A DNA stretch of 63,696 nucleotides, filler included, from Asterionella formosa (GCA_002256025.1; 16 parts of 16 records of this genome joined end to end with filler, not necessarily neighbours in it); one strand, 5' to 3'; positions 50,876 to 63,696 are shown, counted from the whole stretch's first letter. A program made the numbers and translations. The notes: generated by a model from the sequence alone, not told the origin.

Positions 50876-51681
50876 NNNNNNNNNNNNNNNNNNNNNNNNN
50901 NNNNNNNNNNNNNNNNNNNTTAATTAATTAANNNNNNNNNNNNNNNNNNNNNNNNNNNNNNNNNNNNNNNNNNNNGGAGGACCACCAGTCTAAGAACAAT
51001 TCCACAACTACTACGAAAAGAATTCAAGGAGTCTTTGATAGAACAGACAAGGTAAAATGGAAATACCACCAATCTAAGAAGAATTCAACTACTGCAAAAA
51101 AATGCAAACAATAAAATATTTTTTAACTATTGACTATAAAAAAACTACATGAACTAACTAATATTGTGCCAAAGGGTGAAAGAGGGGATCGATTTTAGCA
51201 TAAATCCGGGATTATCTGGAAAACGATATAATAACATGGCTCAAAGCCATTTATAACTGGTATTCCTTTTATAGAGATGTTAAACTATTATCCATTTTGA
51301 TAGATCAATATCGTTAGACAGAGAAGACTATAGATAGAGATGTTCGTTTCTCTTTCCGTTTCTATATTCTTATTGTGAGTTTACTAATTTAGTTTAGGTT
51401 GTTCTGTTTGAACAACAAACAAACGAACTATTCTCCAAATGCTGTTTGCATTTCTAGAAACATACAATCATAGATAGACCCATGTCTATCTCACACTTAC
51501 TGATCATAGGTTTTTAACCATGATCATTCATTTTCAAACTATTGGTCTTCCGAAATAGCTTATATTGTCTGGCTCATTATAGTCGGAGTAACAAGGTATA
51601 ATGTGTGGTTGATGAGAGCTTGGTACATCAAAGATGACTCATTCGAATCGTATGACTCGTTTGACTCCGAGTCCTAACTAC

Positions 51682-51702
51682 GTAGATGAGCTCGCTTTAA
51701 CA
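51682..51702 (-). repeat. LTR terminus related to the second Copia element
   Basis: GTAGATGAGCTCGCTTTAACA matches 50056-50076 at 20/21 and has no adjacent PPT, so it is a 5' or solo LTR edge. Confidence 0.6.
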
Positions 51703-53627
51703 TAGAGATACCTGCAAGTTGCAGTCATTTTGTTTAAGGTTCCTGCATTTGAACCCCTATGCAAAAATTAAAATATTGCTTAGGGTTGCCAAAATTCCCT
51801 GGAACTAAGAATTTTTATGAGTTAATTTTGAATGACGTTATTCCATTTGAAATATTTGAATGACTGGAAATTTGCGCGTACATACATAGATTCCTTTTCG
51901 AAATCAATAAATATATACATCAACATTCCCCATCGCTCAATGTTTATATACCCTATCATACAATCAACATTTATGTGTCAGACAAGCTGGCAGCATGGCA
52001 AATATTGTTGATGACTACCGGTAAGAAACAAAAAAAGCAACAATCAACCATGAGCGAAATTACACATCAAAATGATGACAATGGTAATGACGAATTTAAC
52101 TATAGTCATAATAGTTGTCCTACCTGTCAAGACCGGTTGATTGTAGATTCGTATGTGGAGGGATGTGAGGATTGCATCTTCTGCGAATGCTGCGATTTTT
52201 GCTGCCCTGAATGTCAGTGCCGATGGGATGAAGTCGAAGAGTCGGTGGAGAAGTTTCTGGAAGGTGAATCCATTCTTACCAGGTTGAAGGATGAAGACAT
52301 NNNNNNNNNNNNNNNNNNNNNNNNNNNNNNNNNNNNNNNNNNNNTTAATTAATTAANNNNNNNNNNNNNNNNNNNNNNNNNNNNNNNNNNNNNNNNNNNN
52401 GAATGCATCCACATTGCCGTATCTTTCGTCAGTCAAGTTGATTACCAATGCTCCAACTACAGCGAATGAGAAATAATGCATTGTCCAATGGCGGTTTAAT
52501 AATTGGTTGATTGGATTGCAAGCAAAACGACAGCCAACAGAAGGGGGTCGATGACGACCGTCGGATTTTGTTGTTGCATATACCGACCGGTGGTACGCAA
52601 AATCATATGTAGTCGTCTACATAGGTTGCTCAATTTTTATCTCTCTCTCTGTAAATGTGTATTGCGGGATGTATTTTCCTAAAATATGGAATACTGATAG
52701 GCTTTTTATGTCCTGTCGAGGTGGCGGAGCGATTGAAGATGCACAACAATACGACGAATCAAGTCTACGTATGTAAATGCCTCTGATGGTTGTTGTGAAG
52801 TTAATTAACTTTGGCGCGATGAACTTGGAGCAATGGGTGTAGTACCAGGTACCGCACATTTTTTTCATGCGCACATTTTCAGTTTCGACCCACCCCCAAT
52901 GATTCCTCTCATGCCTGCCAGACAAGAAGATAGGCCAGCTTTTGATGGAAATAATAATCCTTAAGCAATTTTGGAAAACATCAATCTTATTGACCAATGA
53001 TGATTTGCAGAATCAGTTGTAGAATCAGTCTCTGAACACGACTCGGATTTGCTGACTGATGAAGCTGTTCAGCAAATTGTCTCCTAGCTTTGGAATACAA
53101 AAAATAGGAATCATCTCATTCGACATTTAGAACTTTCTGACAATGACTTTTATTTGCTGACTAAAAATATAACTTGCTGACAACAACTAGAAGTTGCTCC
53201 TGGCAATGATTAGAGTTTGCTGATGATGACTAGAACTTGTGGATACAAATCGATTTTCTGAATGCTGACCCTTATGCCCATGAAGTATACATATGATCAG
53301 ACACAACCACTACCCCCTGATAGCCTTGCCAATACTATGAACATATGTAACGTGATATCTATATCCATAGTCACAGTCATTGTCACGCCTGATGCAACAG
53401 CCTATGGGGATAAAGCAATATAGTATGCAATATCATACATATCACATGCATATCACATTTCCTATGGCTGGTACTATGGATATATGCTCAGGGTACCCAA
53501 GGTAGCCCTTGTAGATGCTAGGAAATATTGCGACTTGTTTCTATGTGTTAAAACGCTACAGAGTAGGTCTTGTGAGTAGGCAGCTGGAGAATCCTGCGTC
53601 ATGCTGTCACCGCCTTGACCCTGATGA

Positions 53628-53725
53628 AAACCAACTATTTCTCATACATCAGGCAAGACCGTGTGGGACCATCGTAAGGAGTGTGGGAGTCAAACCCAAC
53701 AAATGGGTTCTAAAAATTTTGTGGG
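53628..53725 (-). repeat. dispersed repeat with Pol III B-box/T-arm, second copy at 56780-56874
   Basis: Shared CAGGCAAGACCGTG.GGGA..GTAAGGAGTGTGGGAGTC.AACCCAACAA; the minus strand of copy 2 reads TGGGTTCGACTCCCA-CACTCCTTACCA. Confidence 0.7.
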
Positions 53726-53825
53726 NNNNNNNNNNNNNNNNNNNNNNNNNNNNNNNNNNNNNNNNNNNNTTAATTAATTAANNNNNNNNNNNNNNNNNNN
53801 NNNNNNNNNNNNNNNNNNNNNNNNN

Positions 53826-53948
53826 CTGTATCGTCATTTGCTTGTTGAAATTGTCCGTTGCCTCAAACTTGCTTGGCGTGTGCGTGCAGACACTGTCGAC
53901 TGGTTTTCAATGGTATGTTGTTCTTGTATTCACTGTTGAACTTGTCCG
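53826..53948. repeat. dispersed repeat, inverted near-identical copy at 62373-62495
   Basis: Direct sequence match over ~120 bp. Confidence 0.9.
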
Positions 53949-54759
53949 CATCTTTGTTACCATCAATAGAGCGACGCAGACGAAGTGGGTCTCTTCATTG
54001 TTGTTTGCTCCTGAAAATGTCGGTGTCCGTGTCCGTGTCATCCTCATCAATAGAGAGACAAGTTCTTTCGTTGGAAACATTGGTACCCGTGGTATCATCA
54101 TTCGCTCGTTGGAACCGCTGTCCGTTGCCTCAAACCTGATTAGCGTCTGAGTACCGGTATGTGCACTGTCGACTTTGGTACATTACAGGCGGAGTGACTT
54201 CGCTACTAAATTGCGTGATATAATAATATACCCTGTAGCACATCGCAGAATACATTTGCTTCCCAATCATCTCATCATGATTGATAAGATGATACTGTGA
54301 TATCATGATAGGGTTACATCGATGCATACATCACCAAAGTATGACACGTAATATTGAATAAAGTACATCACATAGCTATGATACAATTGATCATAAAATT
54401 ATGATGATTTTATCAAATGTTTATGATATAATTTTGATCAAAATATGATTATGTAAAAATAGTACCATGACAATAAAATACGATAAAATATGTACGCAAG
54501 TGTTACCAAGACATCATAAAAAAAAAACAAGCAATCATAAAGTATGTTAATTATTATATGTGTTTGTCGTTTAATGTATACACTTAAAGTCAACACTTAA
54601 TATGATAGTATTATACAGTGGATAGGATCTAAGTATACGGATGCGTTGATATGTGCATCACTATAATATGATTTGTGACATGATGGATTGATGCATATCA
54701 CATACGGGTATCCTCAACAACCAGCCATCACGTTCATTGTTGTGTCGTCTTTCCTTGTT

Positions 54760-54981
54760 TTAGCTATATATATGCTCAGATCCGTTCTTCCATTGCAAAT
54801 CTTCCTTCAATAGGTCAAACTCGTCATCCTTGAGCATTTGCCTTCCAGCGGCATCGTAGGACTGAAGCGCGTCCAGAAAGATACGCTCCTTTTCGGCTAC
54901 TGTGAGACGAATGCGTTCCCCACTTTCCGGATCGACGACACAGTATTCCTTGTCAGGACTACTTTCGTTTTTGCTTGATTC
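54760..54981 (-). pseudogene. PGRL1: truncated PGRL1-like fragment
   Basis: After a CCATAG acceptor: ...YCVVDPESGERIRLTVAEKERIFLDALQSYDAAGRQMLKDDEFDLLKEDLQWKNGSEHIYS*; similar to the PGRL1 block EQEFLQALQSFY..GK.IMSNEEFDNLKEELMWEGS. Absent from the ORF track. Confidence 0.72.
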
Positions 54982-55249
54982 CTATGGGGAAAGATGGAAG
55001 TAAGAATTTTTATTTACTCATTAATAGTTACTAACAAAATGGTTATTTGTTTTTAATCAAGTACAGCCATTTGCAAATAACCGGACGCTGGTGTCGTTTC
55101 TTTTGCTCCATCGACCGAGTCGGACAGAAGTGTCATGTTTATGACAAGTNNNNNNNNNNNNNNNNNNNNNNNNNNNNNNNNNNNNNNNNNNNNTTAATTA
55201 ATTAANNNNNNNNNNNNNNNNNNNNNNNNNNNNNNNNNNNNNNNNNNNN

Positions 55250-55775
55250 CATCAATTGAATTATAAGAGAGATCAAGTGTAGTCAAGACAGTATTGACCT
55301 TGAGAGCCTCTGCAATGGCCTTGGCTCCGTCATATACAATTGAATTACGATAGAGATAAAGTGTAGTCAAGACAGTATTGTACTTGAGAGCCTCTGCAAT
55401 GGCCTTGGCTCCGTCATCACCAATTGAATTACTATTGAGATTAAGTTTAGTCAAGACAGTATTGACCTTGAGAGCATCTGCAATGGCCTTGGCTCCGTCA
55501 TCATCAAATGAATTATAAGAGAGATCAAGTGTAGTCAAGACAGTATTGACCTTGAGAGCCTCTGCAATGGCCTTGGCTCCGTCATCATCAATTGAATTAT
55601 TAACGAGAGAAAGTGTAGTCAAGACAGTATTGACCTTGAGAGCCTTTGCAATGGCCTTGGCTCCGTCATCTCCAATTGAATTACGATAGAAATCAAGTGT
55701 AGTCAAACTTGGATCATTCGCTTTCAACCGTTTGACAGATTTTTCCAATTCTGTTTCTGTCTTCTTTCGAAACAT
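55250..55775 (-). CDS. ribonuclease-inhibitor-type (NLRC3-like) 28-aa LRR protein, 3'-partial
   Basis: KRLKANDPSLTTL cap then six 84-bp tandem repeats LTTLxLxxNSIxDDGAKAIAEALKVNTV (sixth incomplete); runs off the contig. Confidence 0.88.
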
Positions 55776-57334
55776 TGTCAATGTCGTCTTGAATGTAATG
55801 AGAGTTGTCTTTGGTTTATTCGAGCGACTTTCTTGTTGGTTCTTGTTTCGTTTTAAAACTCCTTTTCTTGTCGTCGTCGTTATTGAGAAGTAATCTATCA
55901 GCCCTCCTGCCAAAATAGTGTCTCCACCACTTGTCGTAGAATTCTACACAACTGGGACATAAAGATTCGCATAGTCGTTCAATAATTCAGTAGAAATGCA
56001 GCATCAGCTGGCAGCATGACAAACAGCATGCCAAGGCACACTAACAACTCATGATTTACGGAGCCCTGTTATCATATGACATTAACACAGAATCAGAAAG
56101 CATCAATACTCAATCCTGGATTTCATCCGAATGCTCCTGCACTGAAAGGGTTTGCTGCAATGTCAATTGAATGTAGAGGAAGATCAGTGTGAGTTTTCTC
56201 AATGTATATTGTTCCTGTTAGCTAGTCATGTTACAGTGACACAACGACACACAATTCCATCGTATCCTCTTGCTTCACTTACCACAAATCAATGCAACTG
56301 AGGATGCATAAGTCTGTAATAGTAACTTGTCAGTAAGCCAAATTCTTGCATAAGTAAGTTTCGGATATCCAATGTTGTCGAATAAAACTTACCGGTTCAT
56401 TTTTGTCATCTTAACTTTGAGAGAAGGTAAACGTTTTGTCAGTTTTGTTCCAACAGAAGTGAATAGGTCCAACGAGCGACAAGAGCACTTACGCAATTTG
56501 GTTTTGTTTTGTTTTACATTGGTGCTCCCCAACAAGCGAAACGAGCTGTTGAATCAACTGAGAAAAAAGGAAATGTGNNNNNNNNNNNNNNNNNNNNNNN
56601 NNNNNNNNNNNNNNNNNNNNNTTAATTAATTAANNNNNNNNNNNNNNNNNNNNNNNNNNNNNNNNNNNNNNNNNNNNCCCCAACCACCTTTCATGAAAGG
56701 TGATCATCTTAATAGCTGCATCATTAGGGGAACTCCGACTGCCTAGTAGGAAGGCGGCACAAGCTGCTTGTAGGGGAGCAAACCCACTATTTCTTGCACA
56801 CCAGGCAAGACCGTGCGGGATGGTAAGGAGTGTGGGAGTCGAACCCAACAACTGCTTCTCAAAAAAATTGCGGGAAATGAACCACACAACGTCAGATAAA
56901 AGGCAACATGCAGCTGCTCAACCAACTGGCATAAGCCATTCCCTGACATATCTTTATATGTAATAATATAATAGAATTATGTGTATAGCATAATTCTGAT
57001 GGGAGCAGAATACTTTTCAGTATGAGATATTCAAGCAACAATGGTTAACAGGCCCAGGATGGTAAAGATATGCATGGTGTGCAGGAGCTTGAATCTATTG
57101 TATAGATATTTGGCTGGCAGACAGGCAACTTCTACAAGCAGTATATCCAGCTGGGAATGAAAGAAATTGTAGAGCTCAAATCAGTAGAATTAAAATTTGC
57201 TTGACATTTTCCTTTGGGTCTGGTGACACACAGATTCATCATGATCTGCGAGTTAAATACCAACTTATGTCTCTCGAGAAATTTGGTTCCCACATGACTT
57301 TTTAGTCACTGGTCAACCAGTCCATCATGGCTAA

Positions 57335-57575
57335 TCCACTATTACTAATTGACTGTCTCTCAACAGTCCTGCCAGGACTGTTGATGCTCTACTATTCCTA
57401 ATTTCCTGTCTCTCAACAGTCCTGCCAGGACTGTTCTTGCTCCACTATGAATATTTTCCTGCCCCATAACCGGCCTGTCTATTGTGGTTACACCACTATT
57501 AATAATTTACGGTCCCACAACAGTTCTGTCCATTGTGGTTACTCCACTATGAATAACTTCCGCCTGTCTCTCCAA
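57335..57575. repeat. degenerate ~51-54-bp tandem repeat, two units carrying a perfect hairpin
   Basis: AACAGTCCTG-C-CAGGACTGTT at ~57362 and ~57414; recurring CCACTAT anchor. Confidence 0.75.
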
Positions 57576-58101
57576 ATTGACTGCTGTCAACTGGTGACAA
57601 CTCCTAGCTTCTACATTGTCTTTCAACATTTAGCTAACTTCAAAACATAGCTTAAAGTTGAGCCCATTTGCTTAAACTCAAATAGTCTTTCAGGAGGACT
57701 TTAAACCAAAATGGCAAAATACAGTGGAATAAATCTTTACCAAATCATCTGAAAATGTCGAAATTTGCCCAGGTCGCGTTTATAGCTATTGGTCAGATGG
57801 AGCCAACCATCATAGAAGTTTCAACCTTTGATTTCTCAAAGGCTACTGAGTCGGGATGTATCTGTCAGAACTGGGAATGAATTGTACAAAACGGCGAAAC
57901 AGACACCACTTGCTTATGGTAAGTACTGGCATGTATAGAGTACTGGTACATTATCTGGTAAACAATTTTACCACCTCAAGATGGGGTGATTACAGAACGC
58001 TNNNNNNNNNNNNNNNNNNNNNNNNNNNNNNNNNNNNNNNNNNNNTTAATTAATTAANNNNNNNNNNNNNNNNNNNNNNNNNNNNNNNNNNNNNNNNNNN
58101 N

Positions 58102-58272
58102 CGCATGCTTCAACAGACCGAGTCGGGATCCAAGGATTTCAATGTTACCATGGTTCTCAAGAATAATAACATTATTGCATCTGCGGAATCCAGTGGTGCT
58201 GCCCGTACTTCAATTGGGATTGCTATGATTGCGCTTGCTTTCGGTACTGGCTTTATTGGTTTCTATGCCTAG
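58102..58272 (+). CDS. C-terminal fragment of a putative GPI-anchored/surface protein
   Basis: RMLQQTESGSKDFNVTMVL...ESSGAARTSIGIAMIALAFGTGFIGFYA*: small-residue omega region plus hydrophobic tail. Confidence 0.5.
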   Translation, partial: RMLQQTESGSKDFNVTMVLKNNNIIASAESSGAARTSIGIAMIALAFGTGFIGFYA

Positions 58273-58764
58273 ACAGATTTTCTTTTTTGGCTCGTGATGA
58301 TGGCAAATAATTACAGCCTTCCGAATCACTTGGTTGGACCTTATTTACCAGTTGGCACTTGTGACGCCAAGCATACACTAGAATGGGTGGACTAATATAG
58401 TTGCTTCCACATATATACCGGTACTTGCGAACGGCAAACTATGAACAATCACTATAGTAGCCAATATTAGTCTGGCATTTTAGGCTAGTTTTTTCTGCGC
58501 ATCATTCAATACACGAATGGTACCGTATCTCTAAATGTGACATTGCCCACTCTTTCACTGTCGCCCATCAGCTACCAGGGGGTATGTTCCCACCAATTCA
58601 TAGACTAATTTTATTCTCTGTACATAACTCATATGCTCCTAGGCAGAAGATTTGTCAAGAGGGAGGTAGAGTAGCTCTTTTATATTCAGCGAGGAGGTGT
58701 ATATTGTTATTCATCCGACCATGTATTTAGTCTCGTGAAGGATTGTTTGTTCCTGCCCACAATG

Positions 58765-59284
58765 GACCTGGTACTGGTACCTGGTACCTGGTACCAGGTA
58801 CGCGGTACCCGGTACTCCCTCACAGCCATGCACATGATGATTGGCTTCGGTGGTGCCTGCTATACCTGGTATAACAGTATGGTACAGTACCTGTACCAGG
58901 TACCAGGTAGTCCCTTGTACCTTGTACATATTAAAGCCGCCACATTGGGTATGGCAAGCCCTCATGACCTGTTATCTCCAATTACCGGGACATGATGCAT
59001 ATACCGGTACCTGGTACTCCGGTACCGGTAACCTATTGTCCGCCCATAATTAATTATACCAGTAGACTGACTACCTGTACATCATGCCAGTACCGGTATA
59101 TTCGTTTTATGCTATGTAGGAGCTCCAGGTCTCAGGTTTTACCTGGCACTGCACATGGAACCAGAGTAACGGTACACCGGTGATCAAGTTCGATGGTGCT
59201 ATTAAATGGCCTTTGTTAGTACGAGGAAAACATACGAGGTAGGTTACCAGTTACCTGGTGCCAGGTACCAGGTACCTGGTACCA
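58765..59284. repeat. dense TA-delimited CCWGG/CCGG arrays
   Basis: Multiple GGTACC(A/T) clusters. Confidence 0.85.
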
Positions 59285-59633
59285 TCAATTCCGACAAAAT
59301 CATAAATGCCGGCGCTACCGGGTACTCGTCCATCTATCTACTCCTTCCCGACTCGACTGAACCACATTAGCACCCTGACTACCGGCGATAACATAGACTG
59401 GATGATGATCGCGGCCTTGGGAAGANNNNNNNNNNNNNNNNNNNNNNNNNNNNNNNNNNNNNNNNNNNNTTAATTAATTAANNNNNNNNNNNNNNNNNNN
59501 NNNNNNNNNNNNNNNNNNNNNNNNNAAAAATTCTGGTTAACAAAGAATTCCTCTTGCCCATTTACATTGACCTTCGAGGGTTTTTTGTCAACAGCAGGAA
59601 CTGCCATAAACAATAATGTCATAGGCTTGTTGG

Positions 59634-60460
59634 TTAGGCCAAAACCATTTTTTTAATCTCAAGAAAATCAGAAGCATCAGACAACCTGTATACACCGATA
59701 TTCTGAAATATATCAGAGAATAAATTCACACATTTTTCACTGAGAAGATCAGAAAGAGGATTACTCAATATTCCAATCCCATATTCTTCATGATCTTCTC
59801 CAACTTTTGCAATCCCAATAGTGGCTTCACATCCTGAAGGAAGGCGTGCAACAATGGTAGGATGATATGATTGATTCCTTTGTGCCATCATGGCGACTCT
59901 TTGAAGATGACTTGACTGACCAAATGTTTTAATCGTTAAAATCCCACCTTCTTCTTTCAAAAAATCGTTCCCTCGAACATGCTGATTATGACTCTGACCA
60001 CTACAAACAGCTCCTCCACCAGAACTCAGTTCATTGCCATCAATATCAGCACAAACCAAAGTTACTCCTTCCTCTTCGGATTCAATGTCTTCAAAAAGCC
60101 TGCCAGCAGTGTTATCGACTCTTACAGAATCTTGTGTCACAATATCACTTCGAATATGTTGTTGCCCAGAATCAAACACAAGTTTTTTTCGGATAACTCT
60201 TGGATCCATATTTGGACGTGGAAACTTTGCCAAAGAAGAACGCCTAATATATGATACATTCGAAATGGGAGTTCTGTTTGAAGACCCTTGTGAGACATTG
60301 GAAAGTACATTCTTGTCCTTCTCAATAGATTCGATTTCCTTTGCATCAGATTCAAAGTCAAAATCTCCAAAACTGTTAGATTCAACACCACCTCCTCCAC
60401 CGACTGGTTCATGACTTTTCTCATCTTCAATTAAAACATCACAAATACCTTCAGAACTCA
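59634..60460 (-). CDS. hypothetical acidic low-complexity protein
   Basis: ~275-aa ORF from MSSEGIC; no motif recognised. Confidence 0.4.
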
Positions 60461-60570
60461 TCTTTTCAAATAAAATTAAAAATATGAAGATAATTTGAGA
60501 CAATATATACACACACAAAACTGTTCAATAAATGCACACACAAAGCTGTTCAATAAATGAATGGAATAGA

Positions 60571-60658
60571 AAATCGCTCAACTCGCTAAACAAGAAGAAT
60601 TTTTAACAAACTGTAAATCGCTCAACTCGCTAAACAAGAAGAATTTTTAACAAACTGT
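60571..60658. repeat. two-copy ~44-bp tandem duplication
   Basis: AAATCGCTCAACTCGCTAAACAAGAAGAATTTTTAACAAACTGT x2. Confidence 0.9.
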
Positions 60659-60948
60659 CTCTCAATAACATCAGTTTATCTATAAAAAAAAAACTAAGTA
60701 TATACCTACATGAATAAAATAACAAACAATAACACATAAATTAATCCATAAAGATCAAACTCGCTAAATTGCAAAAATTTGAAATATAACTAAGAATTTA
60801 AAAAACATAAAGAAGGAATACAAATAATCCGATGTATACATAAAAACTNNNNNNNNNNNNNNNNNNNNNNNNNNNNNNNNNNNNNNNNNNNNTTAATTAA
60901 TTAANNNNNNNNNNNNNNNNNNNNNNNNNNNNNNNNNNNNNNNNNNNN

Positions 60949-62014
60949 TACCAGTACCAGTACCAGTACCAGTATATACCGCTTGCAAGTGCGTTGCTGT
61001 AATTTTGCTGAACCCAAGAGTTACCGGTACCAGGTACTGGTAGCTCCTATTCTCTCAGCAGATTACCAACCAGTAAAGTGTTTGTTAAAAGCAAAATGAC
61101 CGCAACTTGCTGGTACCTGGTACCAGGTACCAGGTACCAGGTACCGCTATGCAAGTTGCAGTGTTTCTCCCTAACCTTAAAGGACCGTTTTCTTTACAGC
61201 AACTCCCTGGTATCAAGGTACCTGGTACCAGGTACCAGTATCAGGTACCTGGTGCTCGGTGTATTCTGCAAGTCGTACATTTTTCTTACCCATTCCTATC
61301 TTATGCATGATCAGCATGAAGTACGGTACCTGGTACCAGGTACCCGATACCTTGTTACTGATACGTGGTAGTCTACAGGCTTTGCAAGGTACGGCAGGCG
61401 ACGATTTTGTGCATGCATGTGGTAGAGAAAACTTTGATACCTTTACTCACTTTTTCTTAAAATGGAGTAGACTACCGGTACCGGTACCGGTACCAGGTAG
61501 TCTAGGTCTACTAGTCTAGGTACTTACCGGTATAAAAAGTGCTATATATAACAATTACTCGGAGTAGTCTACCGGTATTTTGTAACATGGTCCCTTGTTG
61601 GGGTGGTGCACGGACAACACACATCACAATTACATCCCGGTAGTTCGAAGTTTATTAAAATCTGGGTACAGCCAGGGTTAGGTATTTGTTTCTGGGTGCC
61701 GGTATGGTGACGACCCGTCCATAAATACGCCTTACTACACTTCATGTCATAGTTTTATTGGTACCAGGTACCAGTATCATATGTGTGAACGACATCAGTT
61801 TATTCTATAAATAATTTTATGTACCGGTGGTACCAGGGTACAGCTAGTTCTTTGCAAATACTTTGATGAACGGAACTCTTAATGTCAATATACCAGGTAG
61901 TGTACAGTTCCGCACTACGGTAATCTAACTCAAATTTTACTCCAAAGCACTATACCGGTCGGTATATAGGTTTCTTACTACCTGGTTCCCTGGGTACCTG
62001 GGTACCTGGTACCA
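60949..62014. repeat. dense TA-delimited CCAG/CCWGG/CCGG arrays
   Basis: (TACCAG)4 at the contig start, (GGTACCW)n at 61112-61145 and 61217-61252, (TACCGG)3 at 61473-61492. Confidence 0.9.
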
Positions 62015-62606
62015 CATGCATTTATTCACTGCCAACATAAGCAACAAGTACTGTTTCTACTTTTATTTTGTAGGACCTTTTTTCATTTGTCCTAACCACT
62101 CCTATGTAAGACAAAATAACCAGAACACTCCTTTGCGTGGTTTACTATTAGCTAAGACATCATCAGATGTTATACGAATTGCAGATTGCAGATCAGAACC
62201 TTCATCAGTAGAAGCGTCAACCGGACATGCAGTCGGCAGAGAAGGGTGCTGTGTCGAACAGTCATCGATCCCNNNNNNNNNNNNNNNNNNNNNNNNNNNN
62301 NNNNNNNNNNNNNNNNTTAATTAATTAANNNNNNNNNNNNNNNNNNNNNNNNNNNNNNNNNNNNNNNNNNNNCGGACAAGTTCAACAGTGAATACAAGAA
62401 CAACATACCATTGAAAACAAGTCGACAGTGTGTGCACGCACACGCCAAGCAAGTTTGAGGCAACGGACCATTCCAACAAGCAAATGACGATACAGATATC
62501 AAATTTTTCCTACGAGCAAACAACAATGAAAAGAGCCACTTGCTTTCGCTCTCTTGATGGTATCAAAGATGCGGACAAGTTCAATAGTTAATTCAAGTAC
62601 AGTATG

Positions 62607-62930
62607 CCAAATGCAGAAACGAGCGAGCGATATGAAAATGAAATGCGTTCTAATCAGAATACATTCTATAACTATAGCTATGTGGACAGTAGTCTGTTAT
62701 GCACATTTTCGTATCTCCTTCTATGCTGAATCTTAATAGTAGATGTAGTATCATGTGAGAATTGAAGTATTCCAAATGCAGAAACGAGCGAGCGATATGA
62801 AAATGAAATGCGTTCTAATCAGAATCATTCTATAACTATAGCTATGTGGACAGTAGTCTGTTACGCACATTTTCGTATCTCCTTCAATGCTGAATCGAAA
62901 TAGTAGATGTAGTATCATGTGAGAATTGAA
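62607..62930. repeat. two-copy ~165-bp direct repeat
   Basis: CCAAATGCAGAAACGAGCGAGCG... starts at 62607 and 62772. Confidence 0.92.
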
Positions 62931-63696
62931 AATGTCAACGAGAACAAGGAGAATGTGTTTGTTTTCGGGTTGATTGGCGAAATTGTCATGTTGAAGTCGA
63001 CGAAACGGATATACTTTGTGCGCTGTGTGCGGAAACATTACGAGTTCGAATGATTTCTTCTCTCCTGTAAACTCTTAATTGAATGATTATGAACAAAGGT
63101 TCACTGCACATGACGATTACTCGAAGATATAAAGATCACTTGACCAACAAATTGTAGACGTTATCGCAAACATTCATTCCGCTTGTCATTGCTAGTATTT
63201 CGTTGTTGTTGCAAAAATTGGAGTGATGACGGATGGAAATCACAAGCCAAATTACATTACTTGAACTGGTACATTATCCTACCAAGAAATTCGAATACAG
63301 GAATCAAATAGAAACAATACATGTAATAATTAAATATATGTAGTCAAAATGGTTACTATTTAAATTTCAAAGGCATTTATCAAAATTATTAGATGATATA
63401 ACGAAAAATTATGATCAGATGATCACAATCCTATGATGCATCATGGACATATGATAGTATTTATTTGCAGACGAGTGACAGAGGCAATAGCAAATCCACC
63501 ATTATTTTCCTGTAACTTTAAGATAACGCGTCCAGCACCTGTAGATGTGCTTATACTGTCAGTCCCAGTGCTTGGTGTTTCATTAGTAGTACCATCATCG
63601 GCGAGCAAATCTGTATTGTCATGTTCAAAAGGATCTCTTCCCAAAAATTCCCGACATGCAACACCTATGGCAATGTTTTCGATAATTCGTTGTTCA

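Noticed and set aside
51975..52300. Small Cys-rich ORF (CPTC..CEDCIFCECCDFCCPECQC)
   Set aside because: Truncated by the linker and no family recognisable; insufficient support for a call.

Overview
Eukaryotic nuclear DNA, most consistent with a diatom (GT-AG introns mostly 65-95 nt, PGRL1-like and signal-peptide+Phe sequences, Copia elements). The window is not contiguous: 15 artificial 100-nt linkers (N44-TTAATTAATTAA-N44) join 16 contigs, namely two of about 21.8 kb (1-21822, 21923-43737), thirteen of about 1.3 kb and a final piece, so nothing can be inferred about synteny across linkers. Contig 1 carries a fused glutamine-dependent carbamoyl-phosphate synthetase, an RluA-type pseudouridine synthase, a DUF2985-like membrane protein, a tesmin/TSO1 CXC protein with a C-terminal F-box, and several unknown genes. 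Contig 2 carries a decayed Ty1/copia element (5' LTR, half-tRNAiMet PBS, PDZ-like insert), DNA polymerase alpha, a Sec6-like exocyst subunit and a full-length but decayed PIF/Harbinger transposon. The small contigs hold a satellite, a second Copia 3' end, an LRR gene, PPR, PGRL1 and GPI-anchor fragments, and dispersed repeats. The most striking unexplained signal is a system of TA-delimited short inserts (TA-CCGG-TA, TA-CCWGG-TA, TA-CTCGGAG-TA). They occur singly and as nested arrays, and two internal comparisons indicate they are insertions at TA. This fits accumulated Tc1/mariner-type excision footprints. All family assignments come from motif recognition by eye; no searches were run.
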